Origin: Cenococcum geophilum
Taxonomy: Eukaryota
Reading direction: 5' to 3'
NCBI GenBank assembly: GCA_050273025.1
Contig: CP158635.1
Location: 23,312,001 to 23,376,000, forward strand
DNA: 64,000 bases
Each line of letters opens with the position of its first letter. Position 1 is the stretch's first letter. A program made the translations under genes and the position numbers. The notes below the pieces were generated by a model that searched no databases, had not been told where the DNA came from, and saw nothing but the letters and a program-made list of their open reading frames with translations. Positions 38,301 to 51,300 of the stretch are shown here, one piece after another.

Positions 38301-41300
38301 ATGCCTTTATATAAAGCACGCCCCTAGTGTATAGTCTAATGCATCCGTTTCTATAACCGTCTCTAGTCCTAGTTAATAGATCTTAAGAACTAGCTCCTAG
38401 GTAAACAACTCTTTAACTTTCTTAAAGAGTTCTCTTTGCTCCTCTCCCTATACCCATAGTTCTTCTTTCTTTATTAACCGCGTAAATAGCTTAATATCCT
38501 TTAACCACTGCGCTATAAACCTTCTATAGTAATTACAAAACCCTAAAAACGATCTTAACTATATAACGTTCTCTAGTTCCTACCAATTCACTATAGCCTT
38601 AATCTTCTTTAGATCTATGCTGAGTTAGCCTAGTTTAATAATAAATCTAACAAAATCGGTCTTCCTAGTAAAGAACTCGTATTTCTTAATTGCTACTAGC
38701 ATCTATTCTTCTTATAGTCTTTTTAAGACCCATTTAACGTGTTCTTCGTATTCTTCCTCTGTTATTAAGTAGATAATAATATTATTAAAATATACCATAA
38801 CAAATTCATCTAAGTGTTCTCCTAATACATTATTAATACGCTTCTGGAACATTGCTAGTGCGTTTATAAGCCCGAATTATATAACTAATAGTTTGTACAG
38901 TCCTTCCTTTAACCTAAAGGCTGCCTTCCATTTGTCGCCTTTCTTAATTCTAATCTAATGGTACGCCCATCTTAGATCTATCTTTGTAAAGATTTACGCA
39001 TTGCCTATTCTATCTTAGATTTTGCTAATTAAGGGTAAAGGATACCTATCCTTCCTAGTAATACTATTTAACTATCTATAGTCGATACATAGCCTTAGTT
39101 TACCATTCTTCTTTAGTATAAATAGTACTAGATAACCCGCTAATAACTGCGATGGTCTAATATATCCCTTTTATAGATTTTCCTAAACAAACTCTTTTAA
39201 CGCTCTACCTTCTTCTTTAGTAAGCTTATAGATTAAAAAGAACTTTAAACTTATTCCTGGTTCTAACTCTATCTTATAGTCCTATGCTATATATTCTAAT
39301 AGCTTTTCACTTTCCGGTGACTATAGTTTTTTACCATACTTATAGTATCTCTTTAGTATATAACTTAGTCCTTTTTCTATTTCTTTATAGGTTGCCCCTA
39401 CTTAGTACTATACTAACTTAGCTTATTATCATATTTTACGGCGTTAAGTATCTCTAATATTGACCTAACCTGTAATCCAATCAATCCTTAGATTGTATTC
39501 CTGTAACTAAGGTATACCTAATACTGCCTCGTCCCGTCCTAATAGTAGGATATTAAAAGACATCTCAATTTGTCTCCCTTTAATAGTTATCTAAATAGGT
39601 CCTATTTCAAGATTAATAATCCCTCCTCTATAGGTTATTAGATCTTCTAAAATCGTAACTAATAGGTAAGGTTGCTCCTTTTGTCTATAAGGTAGTCCTA
39701 TTCTTTTAACTACTACTAGTAAGATATAGTTTCGCGTTGCTTTACTATCTATTAGCGCTTTAAACTGTTAATCTTGCCAATTAATTCATAAATTCAGGTA
39801 TTATCCTTAAATTCCTTTAAGGGTCTAAGGCTCTACCACTAGCTCCCTCTAGTTCTATAGGCCTCTACTTTTCCTAACTATTAGCTGCTTAATCCTAGTA
39901 CACTTAGCTCGTTTTTTAGCTAATACCTAGTTCGCTTTTTATCTTCGATATACCATAGACACGTATTTTCTGGGCATTTCCACCACTGTCGTCCATCTAA
40001 GCATTCTTCTATAAGGAATCTTCCTAGTTAAAGTACTAAACTTTCTTCCTCTTAAACCTCTGCTAGATGCCATCTATATATATATTTAGCATTCCTGTAT
40101 TATTACTTGTCCGTTATCCAGTACATCCTTATAGGGTATTTCTAATTTTTTTCCTTTAGATTCTTATGCATGTTGTATATATTATCTACGCACGCAATCC
40201 ATAATAACGTATAGTATGCTAGGTGCTTTAGGTTAACTCTTAGCTCGTCTTTATCCCTAAGTTTAAACCTTTATTATACTAATCTAAACGTTACGACTTT
40301 ATTCGCAGGTACTAAGATGCGTCTCTTACTTCTCTAGTTTTCTAAACATTCCTTTAGATCCTTTAACGTTATAATTAAGGCTCCTTTAATATACGTTATG
40401 GCCTTTTCTATAATTAGGTAGTCTTAGATAACTTTTTCATCCAACTATATATAGAAATCTTCCCACTTATTATTATACCTCTGCCTATACCACTTTTAGT
40501 ACAGCTGCTAGAGTATATACGGCTTATCCATAAGGAAGTATCTTTTTATTACTACATCGTGACAGCCCTTTATATGTCGTTCCTCAAACCTAGTTAGAAT
40601 CCCTAAATCCTCTTCACTTTCCAGTTCGGTAAGCCACTTAGCTCTTAGTATGCCTGCTCTCGGCCTATTAGTAATTCTTCGTACTAGTGCTCTGTCCTTT
40701 ATACGTCCCAATATGCTAGATCTCTTATCTAGTTTCTATTCTTGCTATACGATAATTCTTTACCTAAACTCTTCTATGGTTTCTTTTAGTTTGCGCCTTA
40801 CGCTCTAATCCTTAAAGTCATCTTGCTTCTTAATCCTGGTATTAAACTTTCAATCTTTAGGCTGAATACTACGTTCCCCTAGTAAGTCTTCTAGGTCTAT
40901 ATATCTGTCTCCTAGTTTAACTGCTGTTTATATTGCAGATTCTCTAATCTATAAAGAAGCTCCTTACCTCTTGCCTATGGGTGTCCTTATTTATACTCCA
41001 AAATCTTAGTCCCTTAGATTCTTTAATCCTAAGCTTGCTTCTAACTTAAGCTTAGCTCCCGCCTTAGTCCAACTAGGCGTCCGTAGTGTTCTTATCTCGT
41101 CTTAAGAATCTTAAATCTCACTTATCTTGTTTTAAGAGTCTTATGCCTGTAGGAAACTCTATCCTAAGCTTATTTGTATATTTCTAAACTAAGCTACTAC
41201 CCTACTCTATTGGTTTTCGTCCGTAGTGGGTCCTTAGGTATGCCTTATCTCTTTTTAAGAATCTTAGTCGTCTCTTATCTCGTCTTAAGAATCTTAAGCC

Positions 41301-43292
41301 TTTAGCCTTTTGCCTTTATCGAGTGCCGAAGTAGTTCGCTATTCTACTTTTCTTGCGTCTTGCGAAGCGATAGACATTATATCTAGTGGGGTTTTAATCC
41401 CTACTAATGTTCCCTATTCTATAGTGGAATTATCCTCTACCTCTGGTATAATATCTTTAAGGTCTACTCGCTTCTAGTAAGCGGCCCTTATTGCCTTATT
41501 ATTACGGAATATTTCGCCTAAGTCGAATTTATCGTCCTTAATGTCCAATCTGCGAACTAGTTCGTTGGTTCCTCTGCATTCTATAGGTGCTGGCTCTTAT
41601 AGCTAATAGCTTGCGCCGTACTTAGCGTCCTTATGAATTTAGTATGCGTTATTATAATAAAACGCAAAACTTCTAATTAAACACTCTTTTGTTCCTTGCA
41701 GCATATTGTCGTCCCTCTATACATATATGTCGTCTACTAGTCTTATGCCTTTTACTATATAGTAACTCTGCCCACTTCTATAGTCTCTAACGTAATAACC
41801 CTATTTTCCGTAATTTATGTAAGCTCCTTCTTTAAACCATTTCTCTTATTATGGAGTTCGCCTAAATATCTTCTGCTATTGAGATCCCTAATTTAGCCTC
41901 TGCTCCTTAGACCTTTAATTACTTAATCCTTATCCTCTAGGTTTCTATAGTTTACTCTATCTCTTATAGGCTTCTTTAGTACCACTTAGGTCCATTGGCT
42001 TAGCGCCATACTATAGTTTCTGACTTGGCTTTTGTCGTTACGTACTCTACGCCTTATATAACTATAGAACTCTATCCTAGCCTCTCTTAGCCTGTTCCCT
42101 TTAGTAGATCTAATTATTAATCTTAATTACCTAATCTATTAGTTCCCTTAGGGTGTCCGCATCTTCTATTAGGATAATCGCGTCCTAGACTTTAGCCTTA
42201 AGTCCTTGTTTATACTATACCATAAGCGCCCTATTATTCCACTCTACTTATATTGCTAGTGTCTAGAACTATATCATATACTTAATTGCTAAAGTTCTCT
42301 GTATAAGGTTCTGGAGTTTTCTTTTTACTATAGTTGTTTCTTCTGGGTCTCCGAATATCTGCGTAAGTCGCTTTATAAATCCTTCCCAACTTAAGAATAT
42401 AAATCGCACGTCTTAGTTAGTGGTTGTTATTCCGTTTGCCTATATTTCTATAAGGTAAGATTTAAACCACTTAAGTGCTTTTCCTAACAAGAATAGTCCT
42501 GCGTAGGCTATCCGATCTATAGGTGTAGGTAACTTTACTCCCTCCTATAAGACCTTAAAGTGCATCTGCGTAAGGAATCCTTTAAGCTTTAACCTTTCTC
42601 CTATAAATCTCTTAATTAATGGTAGCTTAATCTTTACTGCTTCTATCCCGTTAAGTCTTTCTTCTAACACTGTATTATTAGCTGTTAGCTAGTTAACTAT
42701 CTCCTATAGTTATCTGACTGTCACAGGTTGCTATAAGTCAGTATCTGCCATACTAGTATCACCTCCTGTTCCTGAAGTAGTTGCTACCGTTAATGGCATT
42801 ATAGTGGCTGCTTTTGGTGGCATATTATTCGACTTCTTGTATTAATACCGTAATTAGGTAGTGATTGTATAACGGAACCTTATAGCAAGAACTACGATAG
42901 GCTCGTTATTGGGCTAGGTATATAGGAAATGCAAGTATAAAAGTTAACAACGTAATAATAACTGGTGGAGTGGTTGCCTAACAGATTAACTTTAATTGTA
43001 TTCTAAGAATTACTACAAGGAAGGAACTATCTAGGTAGGGACTAAGGGTCCTTAAATACACAACCATACTCCTATAAAATCCTTCTTGTATATAATATAC
43101 GTCTTATACATAAGGTACGTAAGTTCCTTTCGCTCCTCTCGTTTAATACGTAGCATATCATATGACCTTGGTTACTATTCCTCGTTACATGGTTCTACCG
43201 GTTCCATCGTAAACCGTACCTAAATTAACCAACTAGCTTCTTCCGTCTCTTCTCCAAGTAGTCGTAACATCGTACTTAAAGCGTCCGTAACA
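35342..43292 (-). mobile_element. Full-length Ty3/gypsy chromovirus B1, RIPed; 425-bp LTRs at 35342-35766 and 42868-43292; long gag from 42823
   Basis: Direct-repeat LTRs, TSD ATAAG and PPT GAGGAGGGAGA near 35770-35780. LCIDYR near 39080, VYF(D)(D)IIIY near 38780, ETDASD near 38345, QTDG near 37230, chromodomain near 36540-36640. Confidence 0.95.
35875..36530 (+). pseudogene. Antisense accessory gene of gypsy B1: 2 exons, Zn2Cys6-like cluster plus predicted coiled coil (RIPed)
   Basis: One frame from ATA(<ATG) at 35875 reads ..MPSP(C)SRCLKEGLV(C)ITLANPSLR(Q)PSS(C)(S)E(C)TKANV.LS(C), i.e. CX2CX6CX13CX2CX8C. A phase-1 intron at 36104-36158 (ATACGC<GTACGC..CTAAT..TAG) creates a Trp, followed by a heptad-like stretch AAFA.LLRL.KV.KKV..KE.KL.E.GL..L. 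The end is approximate. Confidence 0.7.
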
Positions 43293-46043
43293 ATAAGCGG
43301 TTGCTCTATAATAACTTATAGCCAGATCTTATAAATATACTCTAAGTTAGAACTAACTAAATATTAGAAATTATTAATATCCGTTAAATACAGGATCTCC
43401 AAGACGAATTAGAATTACTATTTAATAAAAGCGATAAGACTTAAAATAAGATTTAAGTTAATACTAAAGGTAGATAATAGGTGGAATCTAGTAGAAATTG
43501 GGAAGAGCCTAATATTAAAAGTAGTAAGTAATAAAATTTAAGCTTTAAAGACGACTTAGCTCTAGGGCTTCTTACCCTAGATAAGATACTAGAACCTAAC
43601 TTACTGGAGCCTCTACTACTGTCCTTAAACACCTTAGTAAAGAAGCCGTACTATATTATAGTTCCGATTAATAAAGCTAAGCTAAAGAAGAAGATTAATG
43701 GCGATATAGGAGAGTAAAACGTGGTTAAAGAAAAGAGACTTAAAGGATAATTAAAGATCTATATAGGCTTTTTTGCTAATATTACTAACCAGAGCCTTCT
43801 AGCTTAAAGATTAGCCTTTAATATAGGGCTTATATTTTATAAAAAGCTACACTATAATTAGCTCCTACTGCTGCCTAGGAATTAGAAGGAGCTTTAAAGA
43901 CATTAATATAAGGAAGAGTTCGCGGCTACTACCTAAAAGGAATATACGGACCTTTAAAATTAAGGAATGTTTTAAGTTGTTAATAAGACGATTTATACTA
44001 AAACAGTGCCTATTATCTAGGTATTTATATATAAGACTAATATTAACGGATATCTAATAAGATTTAAAGCTTGTCTTTATGTATAAGGTAATTTATAAGA
44101 GTTGGTTTATAAGGACACCCATACCGCAACTTTAGTAGTAAGATCGTTTAGAGCCTTAATGGCGATAGTTATAGTATTTAACCTGGACTGCTAGTAAGGT
44201 AATGCTGTTAATATATTCGCAAATAGCGTAATTAACGAGGTCGTATATATTAAATATTTAGATAGATTTTTAATTAAGGGCAAGTGCCTACTACTTTAGA
44301 GAGCGCTCTATGGATTAAGGCGATCACCTCTGCTATAGTATAGTGACTTAACAATAACACTAAAAAAGGAAGGCTTAAAGCTAGTGGCGGAGGAGCCTTA
44401 CCTATATTAAAACAATTGGCTAATAGTCTTCTTCTACGTTAATGATATTATAGCTATATTTAGGAAGAAAGACCTACTTAAGCTCTAAATCTTTAAGGAG
44501 TACCTTATAAGAAAGTATAAGATAAAGGACCTAGGTAACCTTACCTAGTTCTTAGGAATTTAAATTATCCGTAATAGAAAGAATAGGAAGCTCTGGCTTA
44601 GCTAGGATTTCTATATTAATAGAATTGCGATAAGCTTTAAAGTTAAAGATTATCGCAAGATATATACACTAATAAGTATTAAGGAACTTAAGCTTAATCT
44701 AGAGTAAGCCTCTAAGTAAGATACCTACGCCTATTAGAGGAAAGTTAGATCTATGCTCTATGTAGCTAATATTACTTATCTCGATATAGCGAGAATAGTA
44801 AGTAAGCTATTAGAATTCTTACAAAATCTGTTACTAATTTACGACGCAGCTGCTATAAGGGTAATTACCTACCTTAATTAAACCAAGACTCTTACAATTA
44901 AGTACTTAAAGGAGAATATAATAAACTAGATCTTCGTAAGGGCAAGTAATATATTATTTAGAGATAATTTAGTTAGTAGGAAGAGTATAGAAGGCTATCT
45001 ATTTACCTTATTTAGAGGACTAATTAATTGGCGATTAGCTAAGTAAAGATTAGTAATAAAATTAAGTACTAAAGTAGAGCTCCTAGCCTTGTTGCATGCG
45101 GCTACTAAGTTAATTTAGTGGTAGTAATTCTTTAAAGAAGTTATATTTAATACTAATAAGAAGTAAGTAATCTATTGCGACAATATATAGACAATTTAAC
45201 TGCTTACTAAAAGCGATACTAAGCTTAATACTAAGCTTTAATATATTAATATCTATCACTACTAGCTTCGCCAGGAAGTTTATAAAAAAAAGATTAATAT
45301 TAAATAGGTCCCTACTACGGATATAATAGTAAACGGCTTAATAAATGCTCTGCCTCGTTAAAAGTACGAGATATTTTTTTAGTAATTAAACCTTATTAAT
45401 ATTAAGGATTTAATTAATTTAATTTAAATAATATTTAGATAGGGTAACTATATAGAGGATTTCCTTAACTTAACACTAAATTGCTACTATAACTTTTTAG
45501 TATTTCTGCAGCAGCCTAGAAGGCTCTATATAGCTAGGGGGGTATATTAACCTAATTTGGGGTTCTTTACTACTATTATTACGGACGCTTTAAGTACGAT
45601 ATTACGACTACTAAGAGAGGAGTTAGAAGCAGCTAGTTAGATAATTAAGGTATAATGTTGGACTTATAAGGGGATATTACGTAGCTACGGTTCGTAGATA
45701 GTATAATAATTGTTATTCTTATTCTTTTAATTCTTAAAGAAAGGGGTAAGGAACTTAAGGTTCCTTACCACGCTAGTGCCGCGGCGGCACGTGACGGCAA
45801 CTTGCCGCACGTAACGGCAACTTACTATACGTGGTGGCAATATGCCTTATATAGTAACCACTTGCCTTTATTCCTAACACTAGCAACTCTTCTTTTATAG
45901 TTGCTATCTATATATATATACCGCTTAACTAGCGTAATAAATATTAATCCTCCTTACTTACTATTGCTATTATAATATAAGTCTCGCTATCCTAAAATTT
46001 GCCTCTTAGCACGTAGTGCTTTCTTACTTAGGAGTTATAGGTA

Positions 46044-46226
46044 GATATTATGTTTAGAGGGCCGCTAAGGCGCTAGTAGTAAGCGAGCTAATAGCGATTT
46101 TCTATCCCGAGGATAGAAAATCCTAATTGGCTAGATTAAGTTAAGCTCCCCCTCTAAAAAAGTCTTAGTAAGAGAATCTAACTAATTAGATAACTTTAAC
46201 CGCCGGTTAAAGTTCCTAGATATCTT
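46044..46226. other. Multi-hairpin module in the 3' UTR of copia B, homologous to 54972-55173
   Basis: Perfect 12-bp hairpin at 46096-46122, a long stem CTAATTGGCTAGATT/AATCTAACTAATTAG, and a 23-nt hairpin AACTTTAACCGCCGGTTAAAGTT at 46192-46214. Confidence 0.7.
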
Positions 46227-46303
46227 AAGACCTTATATAACTATAAAATTTCTAGGGACTTCCTTTTAACCTAACCTTTAACTTATATATATAGAGTATT
46301 TGT

Positions 46304-48388
46304 ACATGCAACCTTACCAAAAGGTAGCGCCACACTTCAAAACTTACGCATACCCATCTTACCATCAAAAACAATCGATTTTCCAAGTTTCAAGACCTAA
46401 TTCCTACTGCCTAGCGAGCTAGAGGTGGATTTATTTGTCATTTTACCCCCTTATCCTAACAGAAAATTTTCTCTAGGGGTGGTCCTAGCTTGTAAGCGAG
46501 GCACGGACAGGAATACCAAAACTACTACCACTACCACCAATACTAATACCAACACTAATAGGGGCTAGTCTTTCTACTGCCTTTTAGCCTAATCTCCCCA
46601 GAAATCTTCTAGTAGGATTAGTAAGGAGAAAGGGTATAAGGATAGTAAAAACTAGGAAACCCCCCTATAAGATGCCAAAGTCTAATAGGCATAAAAAAAA
46701 ACCTCCTATAGAAATAAGTGATAATAAGTCTACGACTACATTCACTTTTTCTGCCCCTTCTCCTTCTCCTGGCCTATTTGGGACAGGAGAAAAAAGAGGA
46801 CATCCTCAGTCTTCTACTGAAAAAGAAAACCAAAAACCTGTAAAAAAGACAACAAAATTAATAACTTTTACGGCTGGTATACCTAGTATATCTTTCCCTC
46901 CCCTTTCTCCTAAACAACACCTATAAAAGGCCCTAGAAAGCCTAATACAGGCCCATAAAGGGCTAGAAGAAGAAGAAAAAGAAGAAGAAAAAGAACAAGT
47001 TAAACAGCTAGAGGACTATACACGGAGTATTCTAGTAGGAGAAAATCCCTTTATGGAAGGAAAAGAAAAGGCAAAAGATATCCTACAAGGATTAGTCGAA
47101 GAAGTAAGAGCTCTCCGTAAGGAGGTAGCTCCTACTAAGGAAACCTACGCAGAGAGACTAAAGAAGAACCTCCCTTCCTCGTCCCCTCTACCCTCCTTAC
47201 CAATACCATCTCCTACCCTTTCTACTTCTACTAGAAGTAAGAAAAAGCAGCTATAAGAAAGGAAGCTAGTCCTTATTACAGACCAAAAGGACCAACCTCT
47301 AGATACTTTCTCTATACGAAACAAAGTTAATCAACTATTTACATTAAAACTGCAAGTAGAAAAGCCAGTTCTAGGGTCTATAGGAAGAACTAAAGGAAAA
47401 CAAAATATCCTTCTTACAACTACAGAAGAGTATAATGCAGATTTCCTAGTCAAATATAAGGAAATATGGCATAACTGCTTTACCTTTCAAAGAGAACAAA
47501 AACTAGAACCATGGGTTCAAATTATAGCCCACGGGGTTCCTACCCTACCTTTCCTAGGAGAAGGAGGCTCTAAGCTTCTAAAAGAAGAAATTGAGACCTT
47601 TAATCCTATAAGGATACAAGGACTACCTAGATGGATCTCATCTAGTGAAAAAAGACACAATCCACAGACCAGATTTGGCTCTATAGTTTTTACTATAGAG
47701 AACGAAGAAAAAAGACAAGAAATCCTTAAGCAAAAAGAGATATCAATTGCAGGTATAGCTACTAAGGTAGTAAAATACCTCGAAGTCTCTCCTACTACGC
47801 AGTGTACGAGCTGCTAAAAATTTGGCCATATAGGAGACAGGTGCTCTACTAGAGCCTGTAGATACTATGCAGCTGCACATTTATCTAAAGACCATTCCTG
47901 TTCTACCTGTATAATAACAGGCAAACCTTGCCAGCATACCACCTCTCTTTGCATTAATTGTAAAGAAAAACACTTTGCTAATAGTAAAGACTGCAAGACT
48001 CTCAAAGCAGCTAGACTAGTATGTAATGGAGATTCTATGGAAGAATAAAACAGATAGGATTCTAGAAGGAGGCAACTCCTACTAGGCTCTTAAAAAGATA
48101 TTAGAGAGCAAAAGGACAGAAATAAATCGCAAAAGGACAGGGACAGGTGTTAGGATTTCCTATGGTTTTTCCTACCGTTTTCTTATTCCCTAGTAGTTGC
48201 AGCACCTTAGTATTTTATTAAGGAGCTATAAACCCTTAGGGGTTTATAAACTACTAGGACATAGCTACTAGTACATGTTAAGCTGCCTAGAAAGGATTCA
48301 TGTATATAGAACTATAGCGCCATAGCCTAGAGGCTGCATGCGCAGTATTGTACGTAGTATAATACAATCGGATATAAAAAAAAAAAAA
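46304..48388 (+). mobile_element. Non-autonomous LINE derivative (Tad1-like ORF1 only) with poly(A) and a 13-bp TSD
   Basis: TSD ATAGAGTATTTGT at 46291-46303 / 48389-48401 and poly(A) from 48376. A single gag-like ORF; no endonuclease or RT sequence. Confidence 0.85.
46672..48048 (+). pseudogene. LINE ORF1 (gag-like nucleic-acid chaperone with CCHC knuckles), ~458 codons, a few RIP stops
   Basis: One frame from ATG 46672 to TAA 48046-48048. WVQIIAHGVP, EEIETFNP, PRWI and GSIVF precede QCTSC(Q)KFGH...C...CRY(C)AAAH...HSCSTC...CQH...CINCKEKHFANSKDC. Confidence 0.85.
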
Positions 48389-51300
48389 ATAGAGTATTTG
48401 TGTTAACAAACGTCTCTAGTACCTTATTTAGGTTTGCCTTTATTATTATATCTACCAGGTTATTTTAGCCATTAATCTATTAAATCTTAAAGAGTTTTTA
48501 ACGCTTATAGGATTGCTAAAGTGCTATAATATTAATTATAAAGCACTTCTCTTTTATAGTACTAAGCTTAACTAAATACTTATAGAGGGAATATAAGTCG
48601 GTATATACGATTGTAGGGATAATAGGAAATTTAAGTCAATCTATAATTATCTTTAGGGTAGTTCCAATTATAATTACTATATTAACTCCGCTAACTATTT
48701 TATATATCTTTAACGCTAAAACACTTTAGGTAACGCGCTTACTCTTAGTTAAACTCTAATAGATAAGATTGCTATAGATTATAAAGTTATTCTCTCTAGT
48801 AAATTCGCTTATGATAATAATTTTATATCCTAACTAGGAGCTAAAATCTTTATTATTTATAAACAATCTATTAATAAATATAAAGAGCTTAACGGTAGGA
48901 AGATTAATAGGCACGTAGAGTAGTCCCTAATTAAGATGGTTTATTTACTAGGAAAAATATTTATTTAGGGCAAGAACGTCGTCCTTAGTTAGTTCCTAGT
49001 GTTAGGCGGCAACAGAGAGATTAAATAAAGCCTTAGGTTAATAGATAGAAGTAATATAAGCTCTACGAGCGCGTTGCTCTACATATCCTTACTTTAGGGA
49101 ATTAACGTTAATAACATTAATCTTTTTACCTTAACCCTTCTGGCGTAAAGCAATAGAATCCTTATTTAGGGAGAGGATACATCTATTAAAGAGTAATAGT
49201 GTTGTTAAATTAAGCTTTTCTTTTAGCTTTGCTATAAGATTTACTTTTACTAGCTTATCTTCTTTAAGAGCTAAGAATTGGTCGTCCCCTAAGATAATTA
49301 TATTATTAGTTTATATACTAATAATTCTAAATGGAGTTTCTGTAGTTATAATAAGGAAGTAGGGATCGAATATAGAAGTAGTTATTAAAAGCTTCTCTTT
49401 ATAGTGCTTGCTATAAGTAGCCTATTAGTAAATTCCTGCCTCTATAATTCTATATAATGGCTTAAGCACAACTATAATCGTATCTTTAGGATACTAGTAG
49501 CGAATTTGCTCCAAAAGGTATGCCAATATTAAGCGCTAAAGGTGCGTCTCTAATTGGGTGTAGGCTTAAGTAATATCTTATAAATAAACCGCCATTTTAT
49601 TCTTTATTAAGGAGGGAGCTAGCGTAACAATAACTCGCTAACTAGCTCGTTAAATTATAGGAAATTACGTAAGAATTACCTCCTTGCTATTATTGTTATA
49701 ACCTTAAATAATAAGCCTTAATTTCTTAAATAGGGCGTTAGTAGCTTTACCTTTAATCTCGTTAACCATTCTTAACTTAAAGATGTAAACTTTATTAAAC
49801 TTAGTAGGGTTATACTTTTTGAATTTAAAGACTTCTCTTATAATAAGACCGTTAATTTCCTGCTTATTAAATACTTAAAAAGGAGCTCCTAGGGTTATAA
49901 TATAACCTTCTTTTTAAAGCTATTTTGCGAGCTTAAAGTTAGCCTTCTCTTTAGCTATTATAAAGGCTATTAATAACTTAACTCTATTCTTAATGGCGGC
50001 AACAAATTGTTCTTTAAAATTAATAAGATGTTAGTAATTTTATAATCCCTTCGGGCGACCTCTACCGCGTTATAGTTATGGCGTATTTACTATAATTATA
50101 TCGGGATTATAGTCGTCTTCTAGAGTACGTTAATTGTAGTTCTCTTCTAGGGTATCTTCTAGGGCATCCTATAAAGGCTTAGAATTATTATCTTTATAGT
50201 AAGGCTTAATAACAGTTAAACGGAATTAAGTGAGTCTATAAGGCATCTAAATAGTATAAGTTTAACCATTAATTACAATAAGTTAATATAGGCCTGACTA
50301 TTCTCCCTTTTTACGCTATATGCGTACTTTAGACTAGAGTAATAGATTAAGCGTAGTCAAGGTATTTAGGCTATTTCTTATTCCTAGTGCGTTATTAACC
50401 TGGCGTATAGCGTAAAGACATTATACCTTCTTTATTACCTTGCGAATAGCCTTAGCTTATTACACAACAAAGGGAGATAGTAGAGAATCGTTAGTTATTT
50501 AAGGGTAGGCGCTAAAGACTAGCAATATAGGTATAAGTTTATCCAGGCTAGCGGAATTGTTAATAGCTTTAACAGCCATTTATAAGGTAAGTTCTTCGCT
50601 AGCGTCCTTTAGTTTTAAAAAAAATCTTATATACGCGGCGTAATAGCGCGTAATATTGCTCTACTTTTCTAATACTATTATACGCCTTAATAGGGACTTC
50701 CTTAACCTTAATTGCTATTACCTTTATCTGTTATCGGAACTCTATAAATAAGAAGTTCTTTTCTACGTTATGGACGATTTAATTAGGGGGTCCTAGGTAG
50801 ATATTAATCTAGCATAACTAAAGGGTATCCTATACGTTCCTAGCTAATATATCCTTTAAGAATCGTACGGCTTAGAAGGAGGTTAAGAAGTTAATAACTT
50901 AGAGTACTAGCTTACTGCTAAGATATATAACGTCGACAATAATATAGAAGTTAAAGTTATAGTTATCTTTAAGGGTAAACTTAAATCGGCTAGGGGACTT
51001 CTGGTTTATTTAGTAGTAATAGTAGTACTTTATAAGATACTTAATTGCCTTAACCTTAACTTTATAGCCTACTCGCTAAAAAACCCTAAGCAATTAATAA
51101 ACGGATAGGTGGCCAAAACAACGGTGCAGTTGGCGTAATTCCGACTTAGTTAAGTAGCTCTAAGTAATACTCTTTTTTAGTTAATAAAGGAGCAACTAGG
51201 GGTAACCCTACTTACGCACAACAGGCACCTAATTGTCTCCCTAAATAAGTATATTCTTAAGGTTATTAAGCCTAACGCCTAATTTATCTATATCTTTAAT

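Larger units (their letters stand above)
32499..45576 (+). mobile_element. Ty1/copia element A, RIPed: 5' LTR 32499-32758; interrupted by gypsy B1 at 35341; 3' LTR begins at 45545 and is cut by gypsy B2
   Basis: GTTATAAGCCC follows the LTR. IL(D)(S)GTS protease near 34045, (W)H(Q)RLG(H) near 34490, integrase before RT (RFKA near 44060, RALYGLR near 44300, FYV(D)DI near 44430), RNase H near 45240 and a G-rich PPT at 45536-45542. 45545-45576 matches 32499-32530. Confidence 0.9.
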
